Shown here one piece after another: positions 15,001-30,000 of a DNA stretch of 64,000 nt. Source of the DNA: Eledone cirrhosa (lineage: Eukaryota); contig OZ024744.1 in assembly GCA_964016885.1 (NCBI GenBank), positions 78,802,001 through 78,866,000 of the forward strand, written 5' to 3'. The notes beneath the pieces were generated by a model. The model did not search any database. It saw nothing but the letters and a program-made list of their open reading frames with translations, and was not told the DNA's origin. How positions within the stretch are numbered: the stretch's first letter is position 1; every line of letters starts with the position of its first letter. The position numbers and the translations under genes were made by a program.

Positions 15001-18000
15001 TACTGCTGTCATGGTTGTTACTGCTGTTGTGGTTGTTACTGCTGTCATGGTTGTTACTACTGTCATGGTTGTTACTACTGTCATGGTTGTTACTGCTGTC
15101 ATGGTTGTTACTGCTGTTGTGGTTGTTACTGCTGTCATGGTTGTTACTACTGTCATGGTTGTTACTACTGTCATGGTTGTTACTGCTGTTGTGGTTGTTA
15201 CTGCTGTTGTGGTTGTTACTACTGTTGTGGTTGTTACTACTGTCATGGTTGTTACTGCTGTTGTGGTTGTTACTACTGTCATGGTTGTTACTGCTGTCAT
15301 GGTTTTTACTACTGTTGTGGTTGTTACTGCTGTCATGGTTGTTACTGCTGTCATGGTTGTAACTGCTGTCATGGTTGTTACTGCTGTTGTGGTTGTTACT
15401 GCTGTTGTGGTTGTTACTGCTGTTGTGGTTGTTACTGCTGTCATGGTTGTTACTGCTGTCATAGTTGTTACTACTGTTGTGGTTGTTACTGCTGTTGTGG
15501 TTGTTACTGCTGTTGTGGATGTTACTGCTGTTGTGGTTGTTACTACTGTTGTGGTTCTTACTGCTGTCATGGTTGTTACTGCTGTTGTGGTTGTTACTAC
15601 TGTTGTGGTTGTTACTGCTGTCATGATTGTTACTGCTGTTGTGGTTGTTACTACTGTTGTGGTTGTTACTACTGTCATGATTGTTACTGCTGTTGTGGTT
15701 GTTACTGCTGTCATGGTTGTTACTGCTGTTGTGGTTGTTACTACTGTTGTGGTTTTTACTGCTGTCATGGTTGTTACTGCTGTTGTGGTTGTTACTACTG
15801 TTGTGGTTGTTACTACTGTCATGGTTGTTACTGCTGTTGTGGTTGTTACTACTGTTGTGGTTGTTACTACTGTCATGGTTGTTACTGCTGTTGTGGTTGT
15901 TACTACTGTTGTGGTTGTTACTGCTGTTGTAGTTGTTACTGCTGTCATGGTTATTACTGGTGTTGTGGTTGTTACTGCTGTCATGGTTGTTACTGCTGTC
16001 ATGGTTGTTACTGCTGTCATGGTTGTTACTACTGTTGTGGTTGTTACTGCTGTTGTGGTTGTTACTGCTGTCATGGTTGTTACTACTGTTGTGGTTGTTA
16101 CTGCTGTTGTGGTTGTTACTGCTGTCATGGTTGTTACTGCTGTCATGGTTGTTACTGCTGTTGTGGTTGTTACTGCTGTCATGGTTGTTACTGCTGTTGT
16201 GGTTGTTACTGCTGTTGTGGTTGTTACTACTGTCATGGATGTTACTGCTGTCATGGTTATTACTGCTGTTGTGGTTGTTACTGCTGTCATGGTTGTTACT
16301 ACTGTTGTGGTTGTTACTGCTGTTGTGGTTGTTACTGCTGTCATGGTTGTTACTGCTGTCATGGTTGTTACTGCTGTTGTGGTTGTTACTGCTGTTGTGG
16401 TTGTTACTGCTGTTGTGGTTGTTACTGCTGTTGTGGTTGTTACTTCTGTCATGGTTGTTACTGCTGTTGTGGTTGTTACTGGTGTTGTGGTTGTTACTGC
16501 TGTTGTGGTTGTTACTGCTGTCATGGTTGTTACTGCTGTTGTGGTTGTTACTGCTGTCATGGTTGTTACAACTGTCATGGTTGTTACTGCTGTCATGGTT
16601 GTTACTGCTGTTGTGGTTGTTACTGCTGTTGTGGTTATTACTGCTGTCATGGTTGTTACTGCTGTTGTGGTTGTTACTGCTGTTGTGGTTGTTACTGCTG
16701 TCATGGTTGTTACTGCTGTTGTGGTTGTTACTGCTGTTGTGGTTGTTACTAGTGTTGTGGTTGTTACTGCTGTCATGGTTGTTACTACTGTCATGGTTGT
16801 TACTGCTGTTGTGGTTGTTACTGCTGTTGTGGTTGTTACTGCTGTCATGGTTGTTACTGCTGTTGTGGTTGTTACTACTGTTGTGGTTGTTACTACTGTT
16901 GTGGTTGTTACTACTGTTGTGGTTGTTACTACTCTTGTGGTTGTTACTACTGTTGTGGTTGTTACTACTGTTGTGGTTGTTACTGCTGTTGTGGTTGTTA
17001 CTGCTGTCATGGTTGTTACTACTGTTGTGGTTGTTACTACTGTTATGGTTGTTACTACTGTTGTGGTTGTTACTGCTGTTGTGGTTGTTACTGCTGTCAT
17101 GGTTGTTACTACTGTTGTGGTTGTTACTGCTGTTGTGGTTGTTACTGCTGTTGTGGTTGTTACTGCTGTCATGGTTGTTACTGCTATCATGGTTGTTACT
17201 GCTGTTGTGGTTGTTACTGCTGTTGTGGTTGTTCCTGCTGTCATGGTTGTTACTGCTGTCATGGTTGTTACTGCTGTTGTGGTTGTTACTACTGTTGTGG
17301 TTGTTACTGCTGTCATGGTTGTTACTGCTGTCATGGTTGTTACTGCTGTTGTGGTTGTTACTGCTGTTGTGGTTGTTACTGCTGTCATGGTTGTTACTAC
17401 TGTTGTGGTTGTTACTGCTGTTGTGGTTGTTACTGCTGTCATGGTTGTTACTGCTGTTGTGGTTGTTACTACTGTTGTGGTTGTTACTGCTGTCATGGTT
17501 GTTACTACTGTCATGGTTGTTACTGCTGTCATGGTTGTTACTACTGTTGTGGTTGTTACTGCTGTCATGGTTGTTACTACTGTTGTGGTTGTTACTGCTG
17601 TTGTGGTTGTTACTGCTGTTGTGGTTGTTACTACTGTTGTGGTTGTTACTGCTGTCATGGTTGTTACTGCTGTTGTGGTTGTTACTGCTGTTGTGGTTGT
17701 TACTACTGTCATGGTTGTTACTACTGTTGTGGTTGTTACTGCTGTTGTGGTTGTTACTGCTGTCATGGTTGTTACTGCTGTTGTGGTTGTTACTGCTGTT
17801 GTGGTTGTTACTGCTGTCATGGTTGTTACTGCTGTTGTGTTTGTTACTGCTGTTGTGGTTGTTACTACTGTTGTGGTTGTTACTACTGTTGTGGTTGTTA
17901 CTGCTGTCATGGTTGTTACTGCTGTTGTGGTTGTTACTACTGTCATGGTTGTTACTACTGTTGTGGTTGTTACTGCTGTCATGGTTGTTACTGCTGTCAT

Positions 18001-21000
18001 GGTTGTTACTACTGTTGTGGTTGTTACTGCTGTCATGGTTGTTACTACTGTTGTGGTTGTTACTGCTGTTGTGGTTGTTACTGCTGTTGTGGTTGTTACT
18101 GCTGTTGTGGTTGTTACTACTGTTTTGGTTGTTACTGCTGTCATGGTTGTTACTGCTGTCATGGTTGTTACTGCTGTCATGGTTGTTACTGCTGTTGTGG
18201 TTGTTACTGCTGTTGTGGTTGTTACTACTGTCATGGTTGTTACTACTGTTGTGGTTGTTACTGCTGTTGTGGTTGTTACTGCTGTCATGGTTGTTACTGC
18301 TGTTGTGGTTGTTACTGCTGTTGTGGTTGTTACTGCTGTTGTGGTTGTTACTGCTGTCATGGTTGTTACTGCTGTCATGGTTGTTACTACTGTCATGGTT
18401 GTTACTGCTGTTGTGGTTGTTACTGTTGTCATGGTTGTTACTGCTGTTGTGGTTGTTACTGTTGTCATGGTTGTTACTACTGTTGTGGTTGTTACTGCTG
18501 TTGTGGTTGTTACTGCTGTTGTGGTTGTTACTGCTGTTGTGGTCGTTAATGCTGTTGTGGTTGTTACTGCTGTTGTGGTTGTTACTGTTGACATGGTTGT
18601 TACTGCTGTTGTGGTTGTTACTGCTGTCATGGTTGTTACTACTGTTGTGGTTGTTACTGCTGTCATGGTTGTTACTGCTGTTGTGGTTGTTACTGCTGTT
18701 GTGGTTGTTACTGTTGTCATGGTTGTTACTGCTGTTGTGGTTGTTACTGCTGTCATGGTTGTTACTACTGTTGTGGTTGTTACTACTGTTGTGGTTGTTA
18801 CTGCTGTTGTGGTTGTTACTGCTGTCATGGTTGTTACTGCTGTTGTGGTTGTTACTGCTATTGTGGTTGTTACTACTGTTGTGGTTGTTACTGCTGTCAT
18901 GGTTGGTACTGCTGTTGTGGTTGTTACTGCTGTTGTGGTTGTTACTGTTGTTGTGGTTGTTACTGCTGTTGTGGTTGTTACTACTGTTGTGGTTGTTACT
19001 GCTATTGTGGTTGTTACTGCTGTTGTAGTTGTTACTGCTGTTGTGGTTGTTACTGCTGTTGTGGTTGTTACTGCTGTCATGGTTGTTACTGATGCCATGG
19101 TTGTTACTGCTGTCATGGTTGTTACTGCTGTTGTGGTTGTTACTACTGTTGTGGTTGTTACTGCTGTTGTGGTTGTTACTGTTGTCATGGTTGTTACTGC
19201 TGTTGTGGTTGTTACTGCTGTTGTGGTTGTTACTGTTGTCATGGTTGTTACTGCTGTTGTGGTTGTTACTGCTGTTGTGGTTGTTACTGCTGTTGTGGTT
19301 GTTACTGCTGTTGTGGTTGTTACTGCTGTTGTGGTTGTTACTGCTGTCACAGTTGTTACTGCTGTTGTGGTTGTTGCTGCTGTCATGGTTGTTACTGCTG
19401 TCATGGTTGTTACTGCTGTTGTGGTTGTTACTGCTGTCATGGTTGTTACTGCTATTGTGGTTGTTACTGCTGTTGTGGTTGTTACTGCTGTCATGGTTGT
19501 TACTGCTGTCATGGTTGTTACTGCTGTCATGGTTGTTACTACTGTTGTGGTTGTTACTGCTGTCATGGTTGTTACTGCTGTTGTGGTTGTTACTGCTGTT
19601 GTGGTTGTTACTGCTGTCATGGTTGTTACTGCTATTGTGGTTGTTACTGCTGTTGTGGTTGTTACTGCTGTCATGGTTGTTACTGCTGTTGTGGTTGTTA
19701 CTGCTGTTGTGGTTGTTACTGCTGTTGTGGTTGTTACTGCTGTCATAGTTGTTACTACTGTTGTGGTTGTTACTGCTGTCATAGTTGTTACTACTGTTGT
19801 GGTTGTTAATGCTGTTGTGGTTGTTACTGCTGTTGTGGTTGTTACTGCTGTTGTGGTTGTTACTGCTGTTGTGGTTGTTACTGTTGTCATGGTTGTTACT
19901 GCTGTTGTGGTTGTTACTGCTGTCATAGTTATTACTGGTGTTGTGGTTGTTACTGCTGTCATGGTTGTTACTACTGTCATGGTTGTTACTACTGTTGTGG
20001 TTGTTACTGCTGTTGTGGTTGTTACTGCTGTTGTGGTTGTTACTGCTGTTGTGGTTGTTACTGCTGTCATGGTTGTTACTGCTGTTGTGGTTGTTACTGC
20101 TGTTGTGGTTGTTACTGCTGTTGTGGTTGTTACTGCTGTTGTGGTTGTTACTGTTGTTGTGGTTGTTACTACTGTCATGGTTGTTACTGCTGTCATGGTT
20201 GTTACTGCTGTTGTGGTTGTTACTGCTGTTGTGGTTGTTACTGCTGTTGTCGTTGTTACTACTGTCATGGTTGTTACTGCTGTTGTGGTTGTTACTGCTG
20301 TCATGGTTGTTACTGCTGTCATGGTTGTTACTGCTGTCATGGTTGTTACTGCTGTCATGGTTGTTACTGCTGTTGTGGTTGTTACTGCTGTTGTGGTTGT
20401 TATTGCTGTTGTGGTTGTTACTGCTGTCATCGTTGTTACTGCTGTCATGGTTGTTACTGCTGTTGTGGTTGTTACTGCTGTCATGGTTATTACTACTGTT
20501 GTGGTTGTTACTACTGTTGTGGTTGTTACTGCTGTCATGGTTGTTACTGCTGTCATGGTTGTTACTGCTGTTGTGGTTGTTACTGCTGTCATGGTTGTTA
20601 CTACTGTTGTGGTTGTTACTGCTGTTGTGGTTGTTACTGCTGTCATGGTTGTTACTGCTGTCATGGTTGTTACTGCTGTTGTGGTTGTTACTGCTGTTAT
20701 GGTTGTTACTACTGTTGTGGTTGTTACTGCTGTTGTGGTTGTTACTACTGTCATGGATGTTACTGCTGTCGTGGTTATTACTGCTGTTGTGGTTGTTACT
20801 GCTGTCATGGTTGTTACTGCTGTTGTGGTTGTTACTGCTGTTGTGGTTGTTACTGCTGTCATGGTTGTTACTGCTGTCATGGTTGTTACTGCTGTTGTGG
20901 TTGTTACTGCTGTTGTGGTTGTTACTGCTGTTGTGGTTGTTACTGCTGTTGTGGTTGTTACTGCTGTCATGGTTGTTACTGCTGTTGTGGTTGTTACTGG

Positions 21001-24000
21001 TGTTGTGGTTGTTACTGCTGTTGTGGTTGTTACTGCTGTCATGGTTGTTACTGCTGTTGTGGTTGTTACTGCTGTCATGGTTGTTACTACTGTCATGGTT
21101 GTTACTGCTGTCATGGTTGTTACTGCTGTTGTGGTTGTTACTGCTGTTGTGGTTGTTACTGCTGTCATGGTTGTTACTGCTGTTGTGGTTGTTACTGCTG
21201 TTGTGGTTGTTACTGCTGTCATGGTCGTTACTGCTGTTGTGGTTGTTACTGCTGTTGTGGTTGTTACTACTGTTGTGGTTGTTACTGCTGTCATGGTTGT
21301 TACTACTGTCATGGTTGTTACTGCTGTTGTGGTTGTTACTGCTGTTGTGGTTGTTACTGCTGTCATGGTTGTTACTGCTGTTGTGGTTGTTACTACTGTT
21401 GTGGTTGTTACTACTGTTGTGGTTGTTACTACTGTTGTGGTTTTTACTGCTGTCATGGTTGTTACTGCTGTTGTGGTTGTTACTGCTGTTGTGGTTGTTA
21501 CTACTGTTGTGGTTGTTACTGCTGTCATGGTTGTTACTACTGTCATGGTTGTTACTGCTGTTGTGGTTGTTACTGCTGTTGTGGTTGTTACTGCTGTCAT
21601 GGTTGTTACTGCTGTTGTGGTTGTTACTACTGTTGTGGTTGTTACTACTGTTGTGGTTGTTACTACTGTTGTGGTTTTTACTGCTGTCATGGTTGTTACT
21701 GCTGTTGTGGTTGTTACTACTGTTGTGGTTGTTACTACTGTCATGGTTGTTACTGCTGTTGTGGTTGTTACTACTGTCATGGTTGTTACTACTGTTGTGG
21801 TTGTTACTACTGTCATGGTTGTTACTGCTGTTGTGGTTGTTACTACTGTTGTGGTTGTTACTGCTGTTGTGGTTGTTACTGCTGTCATGGTTATTACTGG
21901 TGTTGTGGTTGTTACTGCTGTCATGGTTGTTACTGCTGTCATGGTTGTTACTGCTGTCATGGTTGTTACTACTGTTGTGGTTGTTACTGCTGTTGTGGTT
22001 GTTACTGCTGTTGTGGTTGTTACTGCTGTTGTGGTTGTTACTGCTGTTGTGGTTGTTACTGCTGTTGTGGTTGTTACTGCTGTCATGGTTGTTACTACTG
22101 TCATGGTTGTTACTGCTGTCATGGTTGTTACTGCTGTTGTGGTTGTTACTGCTGTTGTGGTTGTTACTGCTGTTGTGGTTGTTACTGCTGTTGTGGTTGT
22201 TACTGCTGTTGTGGTTGTTACTGCTGTTGTGGTTGTTACTGCTGTTGTGGTTGTTACTGCTGTTGTGGTTGTTACTGCTGTCATGGTTGTTACTACTGTC
22301 ATGGTTGTTACTGCTGTCATGGTTGTTACTGCTGTTGTGGTTGTTACTGCTGTCATGGTTGTTACTACTGTTGTGGTTGTTACTGCTGTTGTGGTTGTTA
22401 CTGCTGTTGTGGTTGTTACTACTGTCATGGTTGTTACTGCTGTCATGGTTGTTACTACTGTTGTGGTTGTTACTGCTGTCATGGTTGTTACTGCTGTTGT
22501 GGTTGTTACTGCTGTCATGGTTGTTACTGCTGTTGTGGTTGTTACTGCTGTCATGGTTGTTACTACTGTCATGGTTGTTACTACTGTCATGGTTGTTACT
22601 GCTGTCATGGTTGTTACTGCTGTTGTGGTTGTTACTGCTGTCATGGTTGTTACTACTGTCATGGTTGTTACTACTGTCATGGTTGTTACTGCTGTTGTGG
22701 TTGTTACTGCTGTTGTGGTTGTTACTACTGTTGTGGTTGTTACTACTGTCATGGTTGTTACTGCTGTTGTGGTTGTTACTACTGTCATGGTTGTTACTGC
22801 TGTCATGGTTTTTACTACTGTTGTGGTTGTTACTGCTGTCATGGTTGTTACTGCTGTCATGGTTGTAACTGCTGTCATGGTTGTTACTGCTGTTGTGGTT
22901 GTTACTGCTGTTGTGGTTGTTACTGCTGTTGTGGTTGTTACTGCTGTCATGGTTGTTACTGCTGTCATAGTTGTTACTACTGTTGTGGTTGTTACTGCTG
23001 TTGTGGTTGTTACTGCTGTTGTGGATGTTACTGCTGTTGTGGTTGTTACTACTGTTGTGGTTCTTACTGCTGTCATGGTTGTTACTGCTGTTGTGGTTGT
23101 TACTACTGTTGTGGTTGTTACTGCTGTCATGATTGTTACTGCTGTTGTGGTTGTTACTACTGTTGTGGTTGTTACTACTGTCATGATTGTTACTGCTGTT
23201 GTGGTTGTTACTGCTGTCATGGTTGTTACTGCTGTTGTGGTTGTTACTACTGTTGTGGTTTTTACTGCTGTCATGGTTGTTACTGCTGTTGTGGTTGTTA
23301 CTACTGTTGTGGTTGTTACTACTGTCATGGTTGTTACTGCTGTTGTGGTTGTTACTACTGTTGTGGTTGTTACTACTGTCATGGTTGTTACTGCTGTTGT
23401 GGTTGTTACTACTGTTGTGGTTGTTACTACTGTCATGGTTGTTACTGCTGTTGTGGTTGTTACTGCTGTTGTGGTTGTTACTGCTGTCATGGTTGTTACT
23501 GCTATTGTGGTTGTTACTGCTGTTGTGGTTGTTACTGCTGTCATGGTTGTTACTGCTGTCATGGTTGTTACTGCTGTCATGGTTGTTACTACTGTTGTGG
23601 TTGTTACTGCTGTCATGGTTGTTACTGCTGTTGTGGTTGTTACTGCTGTTGTGGTTGTTACTGCTGTCATGGTTGTTACTGCTATTGTGGTTGTTACTGC
23701 TGTTGTGGTTGTTACTGCTGTCATGGTTGTTACTGCTGTTGTGGTTGTTACTGCTGTTGTGGTTGTTACTGCTGTTGTGGTTGTTACTGCTGTCATAGTT
23801 GTTACTACTGTTGTGGTTGTTACTGCTGTCATAGTTGTTACTACTGTTGTGGTTGTTAATGCTGTTGTGGTTGTTACTGCTGTTGTGGTTGTTACTGCTG
23901 TTGTGGTTGTTACTGCTGTTGTGGTTGTTACTGTTGTCATGGTTGTTACTGCTGTTGTGGTTGTTACTGCTGTCATAGTTATTACTGGTGTTGTGGTTGT

Positions 24001-27000
24001 TACTGCTGTCATGGTTGTTACTACTGTCATGGTTGTTACTACTGTTGTGGTTGTTACTGCTGTTGTGGTTGTTACTGCTGTTGTGGTTGTTACTGCTGTT
24101 GTGGTTGTTACTGCTGTCATGGTTGTTACTGCTGTTGTGGTTGTTACTGCTGTTGTGGTTGTTACTGCTGTTGTGGTTGTTACTGCTGTTGTGGTTGTTA
24201 CTGTTGTTGTGGTTGTTACTACTGTCATGGTTGTTACTGCTGTCATGGTTGTTACTGCTGTTGTGGTTGTTACTGCTGTTGTGGTTGTTACTGCTGTTGT
24301 CGTTGTTACTACTGTCATGGTTGTTACTGCTGTTGTGGTTGTTACTGCTGTCATGGTTGTTACTGCTGTCATGGTTGTTACTGCTGTCATGGTTGTTACT
24401 GCTGTCATGGTTGTTACTGCTGTTGTGGTTGTTACTGCTGTTGTGGTTGTTATTGCTGTTGTGGTTGTTACTGCTGTCATCGTTGTTACTGCTGTCATGG
24501 TTGTTACTGCTGTTGTGGTTGTTACTGCTGTCATGGTTGTTACTACTGTTGTGGTTGTTACTACTGTTGTGGTTGTTACTGCTGTCATGGTTGTTACTGC
24601 TGTCATGGTTGTTACTGCTGTTGTGGTTGTTACTGCTGTCATGGTTGTTACTACTGTTGTGGTTGTTACTGCTGTTGTGGTTGTTACTGCTGTCATGGTT
24701 GTTACTGCTGTCATGGTTGTTACTGCTGTTGTGGTTGTTACTGCTGTTATGGTTGTTACTACTGTTGTGGTTGTTACTGCTGTTGTGGTTGTTACTACTG
24801 TCATGGATGTTACTGCTGTCATGGTTATTACTGCTGTTGTGGTTGTTACTGCTGTCATGGTTGTTACTACTGTTGTGGTTGTTACTGCTGTTGTGGTTGT
24901 TACTGCTGTCATGGTTGTTACTGCTGTCATGGTTGTTACTGCTGTTGTGGTTGTTACTGCTGTTGTGGTTGTTACTGCTGTTGTGGTTGTTACTGCTGTT
25001 GTGGTTGTTACTGCTGTTGTGGTTGTTACTGCTGTCATGGTTGTTACTACTGTCATGGTTGTTACTGCTGTCATGGTTGTTACTGCTGTTGTGGTTGTTA
25101 CTGCTGTCATGGTTGTTACTACTGTTGTGGTTGTTACTGCTGTTGTGGTTGTTACTGCTGTTGTGGTTGTTACTACTGTCATGGTTGTTACTGCTGTCAT
25201 GGTTGTTACTACTGTTGTGGTTGTTACTGCTGTCATGGTTGTTACTGCTGTTGTGGTTGTTACTGCTGTCATGGTTGTTACTGCTGTTGTGGTTGTTACT
25301 GCTGTCATGGTTGTTACTACTGTCATGGTTGTTACTACTGTCATGGTTGTTACTGCTGTCATGGTTGTTACTGCTGTTGTGGTTGTTACTGCTGTCATGG
25401 TTGTTACTACTGTCATGGTTGTTACTACTGTCATGGTTGTTACTGCTGTGATGGTTGTTACTGCTGTTGTGGTTGTTACTACTGTCATGGTTGTTACTGC
25501 TGTTGTGGTTGTTACTACTGTTGTGGTTGTTACTACTGTCATGGTTGTTACTGCTGTTGTGGTTGTTACTACTGTTGTGGTTGTTACTACTGTCATGGTT
25601 GTTACTGCTGTTGTGGTTGTTACTGCTGTTGTGGTTGTTACTGCTGTCATGGTTGTTACTGCTATTGTGGTTGTTACTGCTGTTGTGGTTGTTACTGCTG
25701 TCATGGTTGTTACTGCTGTCATGGTTGTTACTGCTGTCATGGTTGTTACTACTGTTGTGGTTGTTACTGCTGTCATGGTTGTTACTGCTGTTGTGGTTGT
25801 TACTGCTGTTGTGGTTGTTACTGCTGTCATGGTTGTTACTGCTATTGTGGTTGTTACTGCTGTTGTGGTTGTTACTGCTGTCATGGTTGTTACTGCTGTT
25901 GTGGTTGTTACTGCTGTTGTGGTTGTTACTGCTGTTGTGGTTGTTACTGCTGTCATAGTTGTTACTACTGTTGTGGTTGTTACTGCTGTCATAGTTGTTA
26001 CTACTGTTGTGGTTGTTAATGCTGTTGTGGTTGTTACTGCTGTTGTGGTTGTTACTGCTGTTGTGGTTGTTACTGCTGTTGTGGTTGTTACTGTTGTCAT
26101 GGTTGTTACTGCTGTTGTGGTTGTTACTGCTGTCATAGTTATTACTGGTGTTGTGGTTGTTACTGCTGTCATGGTTGTTACTACTGTCATGGTTGTTACT
26201 ACTGTTGTGGTTGTTACTGCTGTTGTGGTTGTTACTGCTGTTGTGGTTGTTACTGCTGTTGTGGTTGTTACTGCTGTCATGGTTGTTACTGCTGTTGTGG
26301 TTGTTACTGCTGTTGTGGTTGTTACTGCTGTTGTGGTTGTTACTGCTGTTGTGGTTGTTACTGTTGTTGTGGTTGTTACTACTGTCATGGTTGTTACTGC
26401 TGTCATGGTTGTTACTGCTGTTGTGGTTGTTACTGCTGTTGTGGTTGTTACTGCTGTTGTCGTTGTTACTACTGTCATGGTTGTTACTGCTGTTGTGGTT
26501 GTTACTGCTGTCATGGTTGTTACTGCTGTCATGGTTGTTACTGCTGTCATGGTTGTTACTGCTGTCATGGTTGTTACTGCTGTTGTGGTTGTTACTGCTG
26601 TTGTGGTTGTTATTGCTGTTGTGGTTGTTACTGCTGTCATCGTTGTTACTGCTGTCATGGTTGTTACTGCTGTTGTGGTTGTTACTGCTGTCATGGTTGT
26701 TACTACTGTTGTGGTTGATACTACTGTTGTGGTTGTTACTGCTGTCATGGTTGTTACTGCTGTCATGGTTGTTACTGCTGTTGTGGTTGTTACTGCTGTC
26801 ATGGTTGTTACTACTGTTGTGGTTGTTACTGCTGTTGTGGTTGTTACTGCTGTCATGGTTGTTACTGCTGTCATGGTTGTTACTGCTGTTGTGGTTGTTA
26901 CTGCTGTTATGGTTGTTACTACTGTTGTGGTTGTTACTGCTGTTGTGGTTGTTACTACTGTCATGGATGTTACTGCTGTCATGGTTATTACTGCTGTTGT

Positions 27001-30000
27001 GGTTGTTACTGCTGTCATGGTTGTTACTACTGTTGTGGTTGTTACTGCTGTTGTGGTTGTTACTGCTGTCATGGTTGTTACTGCTGTTGTGGTTGTTACT
27101 GCTGTTGTGGTTGTTACTGCTGTTGTGGTTGTTACTGCTGTTGTGGTTGTTACTGCTGTTGTGGTTGTTACTGCTGTCATGGTTGTTACTACTGTCATGG
27201 TTGTTACTGCTGTCATGGTTGTTACTGCTGTTGTGGTTGTTACTGCTGTCATGGTTGTTACTACTGTTGTGGTTGTTACTGCTGTTGTGGTTGTTACTGC
27301 TGTTGTGGTTGTTACTACTGTCATGGTTGTTACTGCTGTCATGGTTGTTACTACTGTTGTGGTTGTTACTGCTGTCATGGTTGTTACTGCTGTTGTGGTT
27401 GTTACTGCTGTCATGGTTGTTACTGCTGTTGTGGTTGTTACTGCTGTCATGGTTGTTACTACTGTCATGGTTGTTACTACTGTCATGGTTGTTACTGCTG
27501 TCATGGTTGTTACTGCTGTTGTGGTTGTTACTGCTGTCATGGTTGTTACTACTGTCATGGTTGTTACTACTGTCATGGTTGTTACTGCTGTTGTGGTTGT
27601 TACTGCTGTTGTGGTTGTTACTACTGTTGTGGTTGTTACTACTGTCATGGTTGTTACTGCTGTTGTGGTTGTTACTACTGTCATGGTTGTTACTGCTGTC
27701 ATGGTTTTTACTACTGTTGTGGTTGTTACTGCTGTCATGGTTGTTACTGCTGTCATGGTTGTAACTGCTGTCATGGTTGTTACTGCTGTTGTGGTTGTTA
27801 CTGCTGTTGTGGTTGTTACTGCTGTTGTGGTTGTTACTGCTGTCATGGTTGTTACTGCTGTCATAGTTGTTACTACTGTTGTGGTTGTTACTGCTGTTGT
27901 GGTTGTTACTGCTGTTGTGGATGTTACTGCTGTTGTGGTTGTTACTACTGTTGTGGTTCTTACTGCTGTCATGGTTGTTACTGCTGTTGTGGTTGTTACT
28001 ACTGTTGTGGTTGTTACTGCTGTCATGATTGTTACTGCTGTTGTGGTTGTTACTACTGTTGTGGTTGTTACTACTGTCATGATTGTTACTGCTGTTGTGG
28101 TTGTTACTGCTGTCATGGTTGTTACTGCTGTTGTGGTTGTTACTACTGTTGTGGTTTTTACTGCTGTCATGGTTGTTACTGCTGTTGTGGTTGTTACTAC
28201 TGTTGTGGTTGTTACTACTGTCATGGTTGTTACTGCTGTTGTGGTTGTTACTACTGTTGTGGTTGTTACTACTGTCATGGTTGTTACTGCTGTTGTGGTT
28301 GTTACTACTGTTGTGGTTGTTACTGCTGTTGTAGTTGTTACTGCTGTCATGGTTATTACTGGTGTTGTGGTTGTTACTGCTGTCATGGTTGTTACTGCTG
28401 TCATGGTTGTTACTGCTGTCATGGTTGTTACTACTGTTGTGGTTGTTACTGCTGTTGTGGTTGTTACTGCTGTCATGGTTGTTACTACTGTTGTGGTTGT
28501 TACTGCTGTTGTGGTTGTTACTGCTGTCATGGTTGTTACTGCTGTCATGGTTGTTACTGCTGTTGTGGTTGTTACTGCTGTCATGGTTGTTACTACTGTT
28601 GTGGTTGTTACTGCTGTTGTGGTTGTTACTACTGTCATGGATGTTACTGCTGTCATGGTTATTACTGCTGTTGTGGTTGTTACTGCTGTCATGGTTGTTA
28701 CTACTGTTGTGGTTGTTACTGCTGTTGTGGTTGTTACTGCTGTCATGGTTGTTACTGCTATTGTGGTTGTTACTGCTGTTGTGGTTGTTACTGCTGTCAT
28801 GGTTGTTACTGCTGTCATGGTTGTTACTGCTGTCATGGTTGTTACTACTGTTGTGGTTGTTACTGCTGTCATGGTTGTTACTGCTGTTGTGGTTGTTACT
28901 GCTGTTGTGGTTGTTACTGCTGTCATGGTTGTTACTGCTATTGTGGTTGTTACTGCTGTTGTGGTTGTTACTGCTGTCATGGTTGTTACTGCTGTTGTGG
29001 TTGTTACTGCTGTTGTGGTTGTTACTGCTGTTGTGGTTGTTACTGCTGTCATAGTTGTTACTACTGTTGTGGTTGTTCCTGCTGTCATAGTTGTTACTAC
29101 TGTTGTGGTTGTTAATGCTGTTGTGGTTGTTACTGCTGTTGTGGTTGTTACTGCTGTTGTGGTTGTTACTGCTGTTGTGGTTGTTACTGTTGTCATGGTT
29201 GTTACTGCTGTTGTGGTTGTTACTGCTGTCATAGTTATTACTGGTGTTGTGGTTGTTACTGCTGTCATGGTTGTTACTACTGTCATGGTTGTTACTACTG
29301 TTGTGGTTGTTACTGCTGTTGTGGTTGTTACTGCTGTTGTGGTTGTTACTGCTGTTGTGGTTGTTACTGCTGTCATGGTTGTTACTGCTGTTGTGGTTGT
29401 TACTGCTGTTGTGGTTGTTACTGCTGTTGTGGTTGTTACTGCTGTTGTGGTTGTTACTGTTGTTGTGGTTGTTACTACTGTCATGGTTGTTACTGCTGTC
29501 ATGGTTGTTACTGCTGTTGTGGTTGTTACTGCTGTTGTGGTTGTTACTGCTGTTGTCGTTGTTACTACTGTCATGGTTGTTACTGCTGTTGTGGTTGTTA
29601 CTGCTGTCATGGTTGTTACTGCTGTCATGGTTGTTACTGCTGTCATGGTTGTTACTGCTGTCATGGTTGTTACTGCTGTTGTGGTTGTTACTGCTGTTGT
29701 GGTTGTTATTGCTGTTGTGGTTGTTACTGCTGTCATCGTTGTTACTGCTGTCATGGTTGTTACTGCTGTTGTGGTTGTTACTGCTGTCATGGTTGTTACT
29801 ACTGTTGTGGTTGTTACTACTGTTGTGGTTGTTACTGCTGTCATGGTTGTTACTGCTGTCATGGTTGTTACTGCTGTTGTGGTTGTTACTGCTGTCATGG
29901 TTGTTACTACTGTTGTGGTTGTTACTGCTGTTGTGGTTGTTACTGCTGTCATGGTTGTTACTGCTGTCATGGTTGTTACTGCTGTTGTGGTTGTTACTGC

